A DNA stretch of 64,000 nucleotides from a virus. The notes beneath the pieces were generated by a model. It was not told where the DNA came from. It saw only the letters and a list, made by a program, of their open reading frames with translations, and made no database searches. A program made the position numbers and the translations under genes. Shown here piece by piece: positions 20,375-29,815 of the stretch (position 1 is the first letter of the stretch; every line of letters begins with the position of its first letter). The stretch spans positions 64,413 to 128,412 of IMG/VR virus record IMGVR_UViG_3300020045_005677. One strand, given 5' to 3'.

Positions 20375-20656
20375 ATGGAAGAATTAAAAAATAAACCAGC
20401 AAAAACTATTTCTAAGTTTCAAAAAGCTAAGAAAGAAGTAAAAGCATTATACGAAGAGTTGAAGGCTAAAGATAGTTCTGTTAGAATATCTACAGTATAT
20501 AATAACTATGCTGTTGATAAGAAGTTTAAAACTTGGAATTCGTTGGTTGCTATATTAAAGCAAGAAGATTATAATAATGGTGTATGTTGGAATTGTGCAG
20601 ACTTTGTTCCTACTACTAGTAAGTATAGATGTCCAGAATGTGGAAAAGGTAAATAG
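20375..20656 (+). CDS. Small helical protein with C-terminal zinc ribbon
   Basis: KKFKTWNSLVA helical module plus CWNC-x11-CPEC. Confidence 0.6.
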   Translation: MEELKNKPAKTISKFQKAKKEVKALYEELKAKDSSVRISTVYNNYAVDKKFKTWNSLVAILKQEDYNNGVCWNCADFVPTTSKYRCPECGKGK

Positions 20657-20658
20657 TC

Positions 20659-21936
20659 ATGTCAGTACCTAGAAGAGTAAGAAGAGGAATTATTAAATCT
20701 TTAATTAAAGAAAAAGGTGGTGCTGGTTATTTCGATACTATATCGAATTTAGATAAAAAATCTAAGATTGGTACTAATCCTAATTATGCATTGGAGTTAA
20801 CTAATAATAAAATCTTTTCTAAATTTATTTTAGATAAAATAGAGTATGCTAAAAGCTCTGGTATTAAACATAATGAGACTACTTCTAAATTAGCAGAAGT
20901 ATTGTATAGATATAAAACTCATCTATTAAGAAGTAAAGAAGGTTTATCTATTGTTGAACTTAATTCAGATGGACATCTACAAGAGAGATTGGAAGTATTA
21001 TATAAGATATATGCAGATGATTTAGAATCTGAATTTATAGAAGAGAGTGAAAACGATAGAAAAGCAATTACAGCATTCTTATTTTCTTGTTTAGGTCTAT
21101 ATAAAATATGTGAATTTAATTTAGATAAAACACATATAGAATCTGGCAAGATAAAAGGTGGATACACTCAAGAGATTTATGATACTTTTAAAGTAATGAC
21201 AATAAACGATAGTACTGGTGGAGCTAGTATTATTAAAAAGATGTTAAAAGTAAATTGTGATTTTAATTCATTTAGTAACAACAAGGTATTAAAGAAAATT
21301 AATAATAAAATACTAGATGTAATTGTTCAATATGTACCTGAGTTGGAAGACACTATTATTAAGGATAGTTCAAATTGTATATCTAGAGCAATAGAGATAC
21401 TAAACACATTCCAATATACAGATAAACAAAATGTAGATAATGAAGTATTGTTTACATTAATCTATTATTATCATATTGCTAAAGCCATGAAAGATAAAGA
21501 ATGTGGTAAAGAGGAAATATTCTTAGTAGACATGATTGAATCATATGCTGTAGTATTAAATCAATTATTAGATAGTAGCTATAGACATTCTATATTGGTA
21601 GATAATATTACTACTAATCCATACATTAAATTAATTAGTGTATCATTATTAGGAGTACCAACTATTGAGAGAACTATTAGATTAGCTGTTAAGGGAAAAT
21701 TAGATAGAAGAGAGTATGATTCTAAATTATCTGTAAATAACTTTACTGCATTAGTAGATGAAGGAATAAGAGAGATTATTTCATTATTGAATAGTGAAGA
21801 TATAAATATTTTATTTAGAAATACTTATATAGAAGACATAAGTAATATTGTTAATTATCTAAATAGAAATAAAACAGAAAAGATAATAAGACAATACAAG
21901 TTGATTAAAGAGTACAAAGAACATATAGAGTATTAG
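20659..21936 (+). CDS. Hypothetical protein
   Basis: 425 aa helical protein with basic N-terminus PRRVRR. Confidence 0.65.
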   Translation: MSVPRRVRRGIIKSLIKEKGGAGYFDTISNLDKKSKIGTNPNYALELTNNKIFSKFILDKIEYAKSSGIKHNETTSKLAEVLYRYKTHLLRSKEGLSIVELNSDGHLQERLEVLYKIYADDLESEFIEESENDRKAITAFLFSCLGLYKICEFNLDKTHIESGKIKGGYTQEIYDTFKVMTINDSTGGASIIKKMLKVNCDFNSFSNNKVLKKINNKILDVIVQYVPELEDTIIKDSSNCISRAIEILNTFQYTDKQNVDNEVLFTLIYYYHIAKAMKDKECGKEEIFLVDMIESYAVVLNQLLDSSYRHSILVDNITTNPYIKLISVSLLGVPTIERTIRLAVKGKLDRREYDSKLSVNNFTALVDEGIREIISLLNSEDINILFRNTYIEDISNIVNYLNRNKTEKIIRQYKLIKEYKEHIEY

Positions 21937-21959
21937 GAACTATCCTAATACTCTATATG
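21922..21959 (+). terminator. Hairpin, perfect 17-bp stem
   Basis: Overlaps the 21936 stop; long T-tract follows. Confidence 0.75.
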
Positions 21960-22193
21960 GGTATTCTTTTTTTTATTTGTTTTATACAAGTTTCGAAAGC
22001 TTAGGAGAAAACTGTCAACATGAAACATAAAACATTACTTAAAGGGAAAATTGAAATATTATAACGGTGCAATTATAAAATACTTCATAGAAAGATTATA
22101 ATTAATTTATATAACTATTTACATAAAAATTATTTGAACTATGGACTAGGTATCTATATATGGTACTTATAAATAATATTTTTAAATAAGGAA

Positions 22194-23771
22194 ATGAATA
22201 TGGCAAATGGTAACTTTATGCATGGGTTTTTAAACGACATGGAAATGGGTGAAGAAATTGACCCAAGTACTACACCTGATACTATAGTGGAAGAAGTAGT
22301 AGATGCTAATAATGAAGTAATAGAATCTAGTAAAGATTTAAAAGCATTAACTAATGCCAATACTGAATTAACAGAAATCAATAATGAAATGGATGTAGCA
22401 TTAGAATCAAATGCTGGACCTGCTGTAATGAGATTAATATTAAACAGATATGCTAACCTTAAAAGCAAATTAGGTATTCCTGTGTCTGGATTAGAAGCTG
22501 ATAGTAAAAACCTAGATGTAACTGCAGATGATGTAAAAAATGCTAAAGAAGAATCTAAAGGTGTATTTGCTAAGATAGGTGATTTTATTTCTAAAGTATG
22601 GAAGGCTATTAAAGATGGTATTGCTAAAGTATGGTCTAAGATGAAAGAATTCTGGGCATGGTTAACTGGTAAAAATAAAAAAGCTAAAAATCAAATTGTT
22701 AAAAGCGAAATAGCTAAAGCAGTAGTAAACGTAGCTGCTGACACTAAAGTAGATTTAGAAAACAAAGAAGAGTTGTCTCAAGCAGTTAAGAAAGAGTTAG
22801 ACAAAACAGGGATTACTGATTTACCAACTTTTAAAGAGTTTGATGAAATGATGCTTGACCCGACTGTAGTGATTAGTTTAGACACGATGAAGGCAGTAAG
22901 AGCTGAGCCAGCTAAAGCTAAGAAAACCTTAGAAGACTTAATGAACAAAAGAATAGAAGAAAGATTTCAAGAAATATCTGGACAATTTGTTTCATCTGCA
23001 GCATTAACTTATGGTTTAAATATTTTACAAGGTGATGGAGTAGTTAAATTAGGAGATATAAATGCCAATGATTTATTAGATATATTAGCTTCTAATAAAA
23101 ATGAAAATACTAAAGATGCAAAAATTAATGTTGGCAAAGGTATTGAAAAGGTTATTAAAAGAAATCTAAGTATGTTAAACGATGCTGAAGCATATATAAC
23201 AAACTCTGACACACTATGCAACGAAGGTGCTCTTGCTTTTGAAAAAATAGCAGATAGAGAAAAAGAAGAATGCATAATGATTTCTGAATTAATAAACAAT
23301 GAACTTAAAAAACCTGGAGATACTTCTACAAGACCAATCTCTATATCTTTTAATACTGTTGTTTCTGCTAAATATGATAGAGGTTTAAGTGTTAAGCTAT
23401 TAAGTCCTGTTTATACTTATAATAAAGATATTGATTCTGCTATGTATTTATTAAAAGAACTTAAAGTTCCAAAATGGACTCCATTAGGATATAATGTAAC
23501 TTGGGAAGCAGAGGTAAGCAGTAAAACCATTGATTCTGTAAAAAAAATATCTGAAGATACTATAAAAATAGTTGATGCTACTTTAAAGACTGTAGAATCT
23601 AGTAAAGATGTTTCTAGAGCTGCTGCTTTATTAGCTAAGCAAATGGCTAATAATACATCTATCTTAAGTGCTTCGTTTGCTACAGCATTAAATCAACAAT
23701 CTAAACTATTTTCTGATGTGGTAGACATGCTGGATATTACTGATGCTATAGCTGAATTAGCTAAACAATAA
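22194..23771 (+). CDS. Inner-body/ejection protein, phiKZ_IP-like paralog
   Basis: 525 aa; acidic propeptide, SGLE site, then FISKVWKAIK...WSKMKEFW helix. Confidence 0.7.
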   Translation: MNMANGNFMHGFLNDMEMGEEIDPSTTPDTIVEEVVDANNEVIESSKDLKALTNANTELTEINNEMDVALESNAGPAVMRLILNRYANLKSKLGIPVSGLEADSKNLDVTADDVKNAKEESKGVFAKIGDFISKVWKAIKDGIAKVWSKMKEFWAWLTGKNKKAKNQIVKSEIAKAVVNVAADTKVDLENKEELSQAVKKELDKTGITDLPTFKEFDEMMLDPTVVISLDTMKAVRAEPAKAKKTLEDLMNKRIEERFQEISGQFVSSAALTYGLNILQGDGVVKLGDINANDLLDILASNKNENTKDAKINVGKGIEKVIKRNLSMLNDAEAYITNSDTLCNEGALAFEKIADREKEECIMISELINNELKKPGDTSTRPISISFNTVVSAKYDRGLSVKLLSPVYTYNKDIDSAMYLLKELKVPKWTPLGYNVTWEAEVSSKTIDSVKKISEDTIKIVDATLKTVESSKDVSRAAALLAKQMANNTSILSASFATALNQQSKLFSDVVDMLDITDAIAELAKQ

Positions 23772-23788
23772 TTATAAGGAAAGAAATT

Positions 23789-25102
23789 ATGAATGATGAA
23801 TTAACTCTAATGGAAGATAGTGAAGCAGAAAGTGCATACTCTGACCAAATTGATACACTAACAGATGTAATTACTGATACTAGTGAAATTATGTCAGATA
23901 CAGAGACTATGGTAGCTGCTCAAGAAGCTGGACTATTATCTTCAGTAGCATTAACCATGTATACTGGTAGAGTAGAAAACTACTTAACTAGAAACTTTGG
24001 TAGTAAAGAAAATAGAAGTATTAATCTATGTATTAATATAGCTGGTTTAGAATCTGATAATCCTGCTGACTTACAAGCTGGATTAGAAGGTATTAAAGAA
24101 GTATTAAAAGAAACTGGTAAAGTATTATGGGATATGATTAAGAAAGCATTTGCTAACTTTGTAAACTTCTTTGCTAGTATGTACAATAAATGGCAAACTA
24201 GAACTGGTGCTATTGAAAAGCAACTAAATGAACTATTAAAAAGTCAAGCTCTATATGGTACCATTAAAGTAAAAGGTAGTGATTTAAATGCTATCTATGA
24301 TTTATATCCAATTGCAGCTACAGCTACTAATGCATCTAATACTGATGCAAGAGAACCATTAGACTTATTATCTAATTTATTAACAATGGCTAATGAAGTT
24401 AAACTTCCTAATGTATCTTTAGCTGCTAAAGTTGGAGAAAGACTAGATAACTTGCTTTCTAAGCTTAGTTTCTTTTCTTATTCTAATATGGAAAAGCCAG
24501 AAACTTTAGAACAATCTATTCTTGGTCTTTTGGATTCTAAAAAAATAATTACAGATATAGGTGCTCTAAAATCTAGTACTAGAATTATTAGTATGTCTAA
24601 AGCAGCTATAAATACAATTACTTTTGGTAATTCTGGAGAATTAATTCTTTTAGGTAATAACATAGATGAAGTAGCTATGTCTAAAGTAGAATCAACTATT
24701 AAAAGATTTGAAGATGAGAAAGAATATGAGATAGATGGTAAAGCATTTAAAAAATTAATAGATGAAGTAATATTGGCTATTAAAAATTTAAATGGTAAAT
24801 TTAGAAAAGAATCTGAAAATAGAATAGATGGTCTTAAGAAAGCATCTGATGAATTAATGTCAGTGATGAGTAAAGTGTCAAGAGCTACATCAGGAGATAT
24901 TGGTGGAGATGAAGAGTTTAATAAAGAAAAATGGCAAATGGCTAACAAAGAGATAAATGATGTTTGGAAAACATTACCTAGAATTGTAAATCAATCTACT
25001 AAAAATCTTTTTGATACTATTAGTGTTATTTCTAGTACGGTTATGAAATTAACTGGTACAAAAGATGACTCTATTGAAGATAAAGAAGAAGAAACAAAAT
25101 AA
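23789..25102 (+). CDS. Inner-body/ejection protein, phiKZ_IP-like paralog
   Basis: 437 aa; acidic propeptide, two AGLE sites, then LWDMIKKAF helix. Confidence 0.7.
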   Translation: MNDELTLMEDSEAESAYSDQIDTLTDVITDTSEIMSDTETMVAAQEAGLLSSVALTMYTGRVENYLTRNFGSKENRSINLCINIAGLESDNPADLQAGLEGIKEVLKETGKVLWDMIKKAFANFVNFFASMYNKWQTRTGAIEKQLNELLKSQALYGTIKVKGSDLNAIYDLYPIAATATNASNTDAREPLDLLSNLLTMANEVKLPNVSLAAKVGERLDNLLSKLSFFSYSNMEKPETLEQSILGLLDSKKIITDIGALKSSTRIISMSKAAINTITFGNSGELILLGNNIDEVAMSKVESTIKRFEDEKEYEIDGKAFKKLIDEVILAIKNLNGKFRKESENRIDGLKKASDELMSVMSKVSRATSGDIGGDEEFNKEKWQMANKEINDVWKTLPRIVNQSTKNLFDTISVISSTVMKLTGTKDDSIEDKEEETK

Positions 25103-25110
25103 ATATAAAA

Positions 25111-25147
25111 ATATACATCAGTATTCTATTTGGATACTGATGTATAT
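25111..25147 (+). terminator. Hairpin, 14-bp stem
   Basis: ATATACATCAGTAT/ATACTGATGTATAT, then T-tract and promoter motif. Confidence 0.75.
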
Positions 25148-25159
25148 GTATTTTTTTTC

Positions 25160-25182
25160 AATCACATATTATTAAATTAGTA
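25160..25182 (+). promoter_or_regulatory. Phage promoter motif, subtype A
   Basis: AATCACATATTATTAAATTAGTA. Confidence 0.75.
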
Positions 25183-25211
25183 TTAATCTTATAAATTAAA
25201 CGGAGAGCATT

Positions 25212-26201
25212 ATGGACAATAAAGGAGAGGTAATATTATTAGGAAGGACCATTAGCAACTTCCCATTAATATCAATAGGTACTGGATTAGCATTAGAGAC
25301 ACTAACTAAACCAGATGAAGGCTATTACGATGTAGAAAGAAAGATAGAATATATAGTAAAAGAGAATGAGTATAAAACAGTTTGGATTAATGCTTATACT
25401 ATTTTAAGAAACATACTATCATCTATAGCTACAACAGACGAGAGACATGACTTTCTATCTATTAAAGATAGTACAATATCTTTAGTAACTGTATTCTTAG
25501 AAGAGTATACGGAAGTAGAAAGACTATTAAGAAGTAAGAATTATAATCCAGTATTAATTATACCAGATTATAGTAAAAATAAACAATTAATAGAGAGTGA
25601 AAGATGTGTATTTAATATAGACAATGAAACATTGACTAGTGCTACCTTAAAAGCTATTAAAAATGCTATTAAGCTAATCAAGAAAGATTATTATTCTAGT
25701 ATATTAACTGGTGTTAAAAATCATATCTTAGAAGGTACCGATAACTCTAATTCTAAATCTCAATATTTGGATAGTGTAATATCTGAATTAAAATCAACAG
25801 CTAAGCTAAAGATAATTACTACTGGTAGAGATTTAATATTAACACACTTCTATATAGATTTATTAAATATTAAATACTTAACATCATTAACACTATTAGA
25901 ATCACATACTGGTAGATTATATAGTAAAAAAGATTTTAACAGAAAGTATGCTGATTTATCTAGTTTAGATTTTAGTACTGTAATTCCATTTACAGAAAAA
26001 GAGTATTATGTATTTGGAGATAATAATTTAATTAAACCTTATCCTGCTAAGATAAGAAAATTAATACATACTCTATTTATAAAGGAACACATTAATCCTA
26101 CATCTAAAGCTCCCAATACAGATAGAGCTATTAAGAATGGATTAACTACATTAGGTAAGGAGTTTGTAGATGAATACAAAAGTCTAAAAGTCTACTATTA
26201 A
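25212..26201 (+). CDS. Conserved phiKZ-like core protein, possibly PIN/5'-3' nuclease-like
   Basis: 329 aa; ISIGTGLALE, WINAYTILRN and LLESHTG motifs recalled from the phiKZ-like core gene upstream of gp68; nuclease fold is inference. Confidence 0.5.
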   Translation: MDNKGEVILLGRTISNFPLISIGTGLALETLTKPDEGYYDVERKIEYIVKENEYKTVWINAYTILRNILSSIATTDERHDFLSIKDSTISLVTVFLEEYTEVERLLRSKNYNPVLIIPDYSKNKQLIESERCVFNIDNETLTSATLKAIKNAIKLIKKDYYSSILTGVKNHILEGTDNSNSKSQYLDSVISELKSTAKLKIITTGRDLILTHFYIDLLNIKYLTSLTLLESHTGRLYSKKDFNRKYADLSSLDFSTVIPFTEKEYYVFGDNNLIKPYPAKIRKLIHTLFIKEHINPTSKAPNTDRAIKNGLTTLGKEFVDEYKSLKVYY

Positions 26202-26260
26202 ATCGAGGATTTGATATAATAGTATTTGTTAAAATAAATATAAAATTTAAAGGAAAATAT

Positions 26261-27499
26261 ATGAAGTTTGCAAGAGATATAGAAGATATAGATGACGATG
26301 AAGAAGTACGTGCTCCTAGTAATAATGGTAAGCCAATATCTGCCAGTATGGCACTATCTGCTATTTTTAGAAAACAACCAACAGAACCAGGAATCTATGA
26401 AGTAAGTATTAAAAAGACAGCTAATGGTAATCAAGAGTTTTCTTTAAAAAGAACAGATGATTATTTTACTACTCCTGATAAATTATATGGCAGAATGCTA
26501 AAAGACTTTAAAAGAAGTTGGCATACTTTTAAATCGTTTTATGCTAAAGGTAATAACTTTAACCTAGGTGCAGTAGGTTATAAAGGAATGGGTAAAACAG
26601 AATTTCTATCATTACTATCTAACGAAGGTATTAAAGATGGTTTAATAATTGTAATGGTAGTAAATGTTAAAGCTAGTTTAGATTTAATAAAGTATTTAGA
26701 TTCTTTAGATAATCTAATATTAGTTCTAGATGAATATACTAAGAACTTTGATAAAGATTTACAAAAGAGGTCTTTAACTATGTTTAATAACCTATCTAAA
26801 AAAAGAAGAATGATTTGTATCTCTGATAATTACAAAGATGCTCTAAATGAATTCTTTCAAGATAGAACTGGTAGATTACATTATCTATTAGAATTTGAGA
26901 CCATAGATAATGAAGTAATTAAAGAGTATTGTCAAGACCATAATGTAAGAGAGTCTCTAATAGAAGAAATTTTAAAAGCTGCTAGAAAAGTACCTAACTT
27001 TTCATACGACTTTCTCAAGGGATTAGTATTAGAACATGAGCTATATCCAGATGATACATTAGAAGACTTATTATATTACTTAAATCTAAAAATACTTAAA
27101 CCTAGAGTAGCTTGTAAAGTAATTAAAGTAGAAAAAGTATTAGAGTTTGACCATGATAGAAAACCTGTTAAATTACAAGAGTATGATTATACTGTTAGAT
27201 TTAGTTATAGTAAAACCGAATTCGTAGATAAACAAAACTCTATCTGGATTAATATCAATGGTGTTAAGTATACAGAAGCAGAACAAGCAGAAAGAAATAA
27301 ACTGATTGAAGAAGCACAAAAGAAAAAATTACCATATCCATTTCCAGGTAGTACGGATAGAGAAAATACTAGTATAGACATCACTGATAGAATCCTGGAT
27401 AAATATACAGATAATAATGGTGATGAATATATAGAATTTATCAATGATAGAGACTTTTTAATTACAGTGGTGTTTGAAGATGGTATAAGTAAAAAATAA
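26261..27499 (+). CDS. AAA+ family ATPase
   Basis: Walker A GYKGMGKT, Walker B LVLDE, Arg-finger DRTGR. Confidence 0.85.
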   Translation: MKFARDIEDIDDDEEVRAPSNNGKPISASMALSAIFRKQPTEPGIYEVSIKKTANGNQEFSLKRTDDYFTTPDKLYGRMLKDFKRSWHTFKSFYAKGNNFNLGAVGYKGMGKTEFLSLLSNEGIKDGLIIVMVVNVKASLDLIKYLDSLDNLILVLDEYTKNFDKDLQKRSLTMFNNLSKKRRMICISDNYKDALNEFFQDRTGRLHYLLEFETIDNEVIKEYCQDHNVRESLIEEILKAARKVPNFSYDFLKGLVLEHELYPDDTLEDLLYYLNLKILKPRVACKVIKVEKVLEFDHDRKPVKLQEYDYTVRFSYSKTEFVDKQNSIWININGVKYTEAEQAERNKLIEEAQKKKLPYPFPGSTDRENTSIDITDRILDKYTDNNGDEYIEFINDRDFLITVVFEDGISKK

Positions 27500-27519
27500 A
27501 TTAAGTTTAGGAGAAAACA

Positions 27520-28125
27520 ATGGAAACAAATAGAAGTCTTTTACCAATCGAGGTAAAAATAGAAGAAAAGAAAATAACAGTTAAAAAAGAAGCTGATTAT
27601 ATAAATCTAAAATCATTCTCATTGCAGAATGATGAGGATGAAGTATTATCAGTATCTTTTAGAAATGGTAATCCACGATTTACTGTACATTATAAAAATA
27701 GCTTAAGCTATGAAGATAGACAAAAACTTCCATATAAAGATAGAGAAGGTGTAGCTCCATATAACTTTGGAGAGTTTGCTACATTAGTTAGAAAAGCTAA
27801 AGAAGTAATAGCTGGCACATTAGGTAGCTTTAGTTTTATTTCATTATACGACTATAATGCCAATGGTGATAAAGTAGATGAAAAGTTACCTAAAGCAGAA
27901 ATTACTATCTTTAGAGACGAGAATGATGTAATCTGTATTAAGTTTCAAAACTTTATGAATAACAAAGATTCATTATTTAAGATTATGCCATCTAAATGGT
28001 TTAAGATTAAAGTAAATGGTCATGTGGTGCCTAATGAAACATTCTCATTAGCAGAATCAGAAATGTTATTTAAGTACTTAGATAGTGCTATGGATACTCT
28101 TTTTAAATATAATATAGATAGATAA
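27520..28125 (+). CDS. Conserved phiKZ-like core protein
   Basis: 201 aa, AGGAG RBS; SFRNGNPRFTV motif; lies just before the gp68-like gene. Confidence 0.55.
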   Translation: METNRSLLPIEVKIEEKKITVKKEADYINLKSFSLQNDEDEVLSVSFRNGNPRFTVHYKNSLSYEDRQKLPYKDREGVAPYNFGEFATLVRKAKEVIAGTLGSFSFISLYDYNANGDKVDEKLPKAEITIFRDENDVICIKFQNFMNNKDSLFKIMPSKWFKIKVNGHVVPNETFSLAESEMLFKYLDSAMDTLFKYNIDR

Positions 28126-28151
28126 TTATAAATCTTAATCTAAATTATTAC

Positions 28152-28174
28152 AAACACATATTATTAAATTAGTG
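28152..28174 (+). promoter_or_regulatory. Phage promoter motif, subtype A
   Basis: AAACACATATTATTAAATTAGTG. Confidence 0.75.
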
Positions 28175-28229
28175 CATCATATATTTAATAGTATATGGTG
28201 TACTAAATTCTTTTTGCAAAAGGAAAGTT

Positions 28230-29798
28230 ATGGGCAATAACATATTGAGACTAGGATTAGGTAGTGATAAAGTAATTACAATATCATTTACTGATGAAGA
28301 TGGTCAACGAGAGAAAATAGAATTTCCATCAAGAGACGTCTTAGATGGTAAAAAAGAAGAAGAGAAAGTTGGTTTATTATTTTTCGTAGAAGAATATATA
28401 AATTCTAAAGATAATAATTTTAGAGTTAAGTTATTTAAAAAGTACAAAGAAGCAAATGACCAGCTAGATGAATTAATATTAATTAATAGTTTAGAACCTA
28501 TTAATGTTAAAATATTTCATGATATTTTAGATTTAATTAACATTAGAGATTTAACTAATTTCTTAACTACAATTGTAGCTGTACCAAAAGAGTTACAGGA
28601 TAAGTTTACTCCAGATAAAGATGAAATGTTAAACGAGATACAAACATATACAAAGAGAGAGTATTTAGAGTTAATAGTATTAGCTACATTACTTAAGTTT
28701 ACATTACCTGTATTAGGTAAATATATGCACATCAAATCTCATTTAGTTAATAAGCATCTTAAGGTATATTACTTTTTACCAATCTATGAATCATATCTTA
28801 AGATTAGTGAATTAAAGAGTTATGAAAAGTTATATTTGTTTTCTGAAAAAGCATTTATGAAAGAAAATACTGAAGAGAGTGCTGCTGTTAGAACTATGCT
28901 ATATAATATTCCAAAAGATGAGACTGTTAGATGGTTATTCTCTGCAGCTATTATTTCTGGTATTATGGCATTGACTTCTATTAATGATACTTATGACGAA
29001 AATCTTATTAAGAAGTTATTTAATAATATTCTAAAGAATAGAATTAATAAAACTACTGAAAATACTAAGATTAAATCTAAAGCTGAAACAGTATCTAAAG
29101 GAGATGAAAATTCTCAAGAGTCAATGTCAGAGAGTTGTAGAGTTACTACTGAATTATCACCAGGATATGTAGAAGAATTAAATTGGGCAATGGAGACACC
29201 TGACTTTATTATTAAACAATTAAAGAATAAAAACTTTACAGTAGATAGAGATATTGCTAATGCTAGTTTTAACTTTATGATGTCTTATGCTAAAGAGGGG
29301 CCCTTTATTGTATCAGATACTGTATTTGTATTATTAGGATGGATATTCCATACTCATATTGCACATGCTAATTCTTTTAAATATTTAAGAATGCAAGCTC
29401 TGTATTCTGCTATAGCGGTAGCTTATTCTCATTTAGTAGTAAATGGATTTAAAGATTTAGGATTAATGGTATACTCTAAATTAAATACTATAGATAGTGG
29501 TTCTTTTAATAACTCTACTAATAAAGCAAAAATACCTGATATTATTAAAGAAGAGTTAGAAACTTTTTATAATATTAAGAAAAACAAATTAACAAAAGTA
29601 AAAATAGAAGAAATATCTATAGCAGAAACTGCAATAGGATTATTAGCAGATATGATGTATACTGAAGAGTATATTACATTTGCCAAGAAAGAAGATATAC
29701 TAGATGTTAAAGGTGATTCATCTTCTCCTTTAATAGTAGCTGGTAGTGAGTTAAAAATTAGGTTAGCAGAATTATTAATATTTTTAAATAAAAGATAA
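28230..29798 (+). CDS. Putative non-virion RNAP promoter-specificity (sigma-like) subunit, phiKZ gp68-like
   Basis: 522 aa, mostly helical, three core genes upstream of the RNAP beta part; size and synteny match gp68; no direct motif proof. Confidence 0.5.
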   Translation: MGNNILRLGLGSDKVITISFTDEDGQREKIEFPSRDVLDGKKEEEKVGLLFFVEEYINSKDNNFRVKLFKKYKEANDQLDELILINSLEPINVKIFHDILDLINIRDLTNFLTTIVAVPKELQDKFTPDKDEMLNEIQTYTKREYLELIVLATLLKFTLPVLGKYMHIKSHLVNKHLKVYYFLPIYESYLKISELKSYEKLYLFSEKAFMKENTEESAAVRTMLYNIPKDETVRWLFSAAIISGIMALTSINDTYDENLIKKLFNNILKNRINKTTENTKIKSKAETVSKGDENSQESMSESCRVTTELSPGYVEELNWAMETPDFIIKQLKNKNFTVDRDIANASFNFMMSYAKEGPFIVSDTVFVLLGWIFHTHIAHANSFKYLRMQALYSAIAVAYSHLVVNGFKDLGLMVYSKLNTIDSGSFNNSTNKAKIPDIIKEELETFYNIKKNKLTKVKIEEISIAETAIGLLADMMYTEEYITFAKKEDILDVKGDSSSPLIVAGSELKIRLAELLIFLNKR

Positions 29799-29815
29799 TA
29801 TAAAGGAAAAGTATA

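Noticed and set aside
22020-22064. 14-aa ORF MKHKTLLKGKIEIL after AGGAG and a near-palindrome
   Set aside because: RBS spacing is long (12 nt), there is no coupling or homology, and such ORFs are expected by chance.
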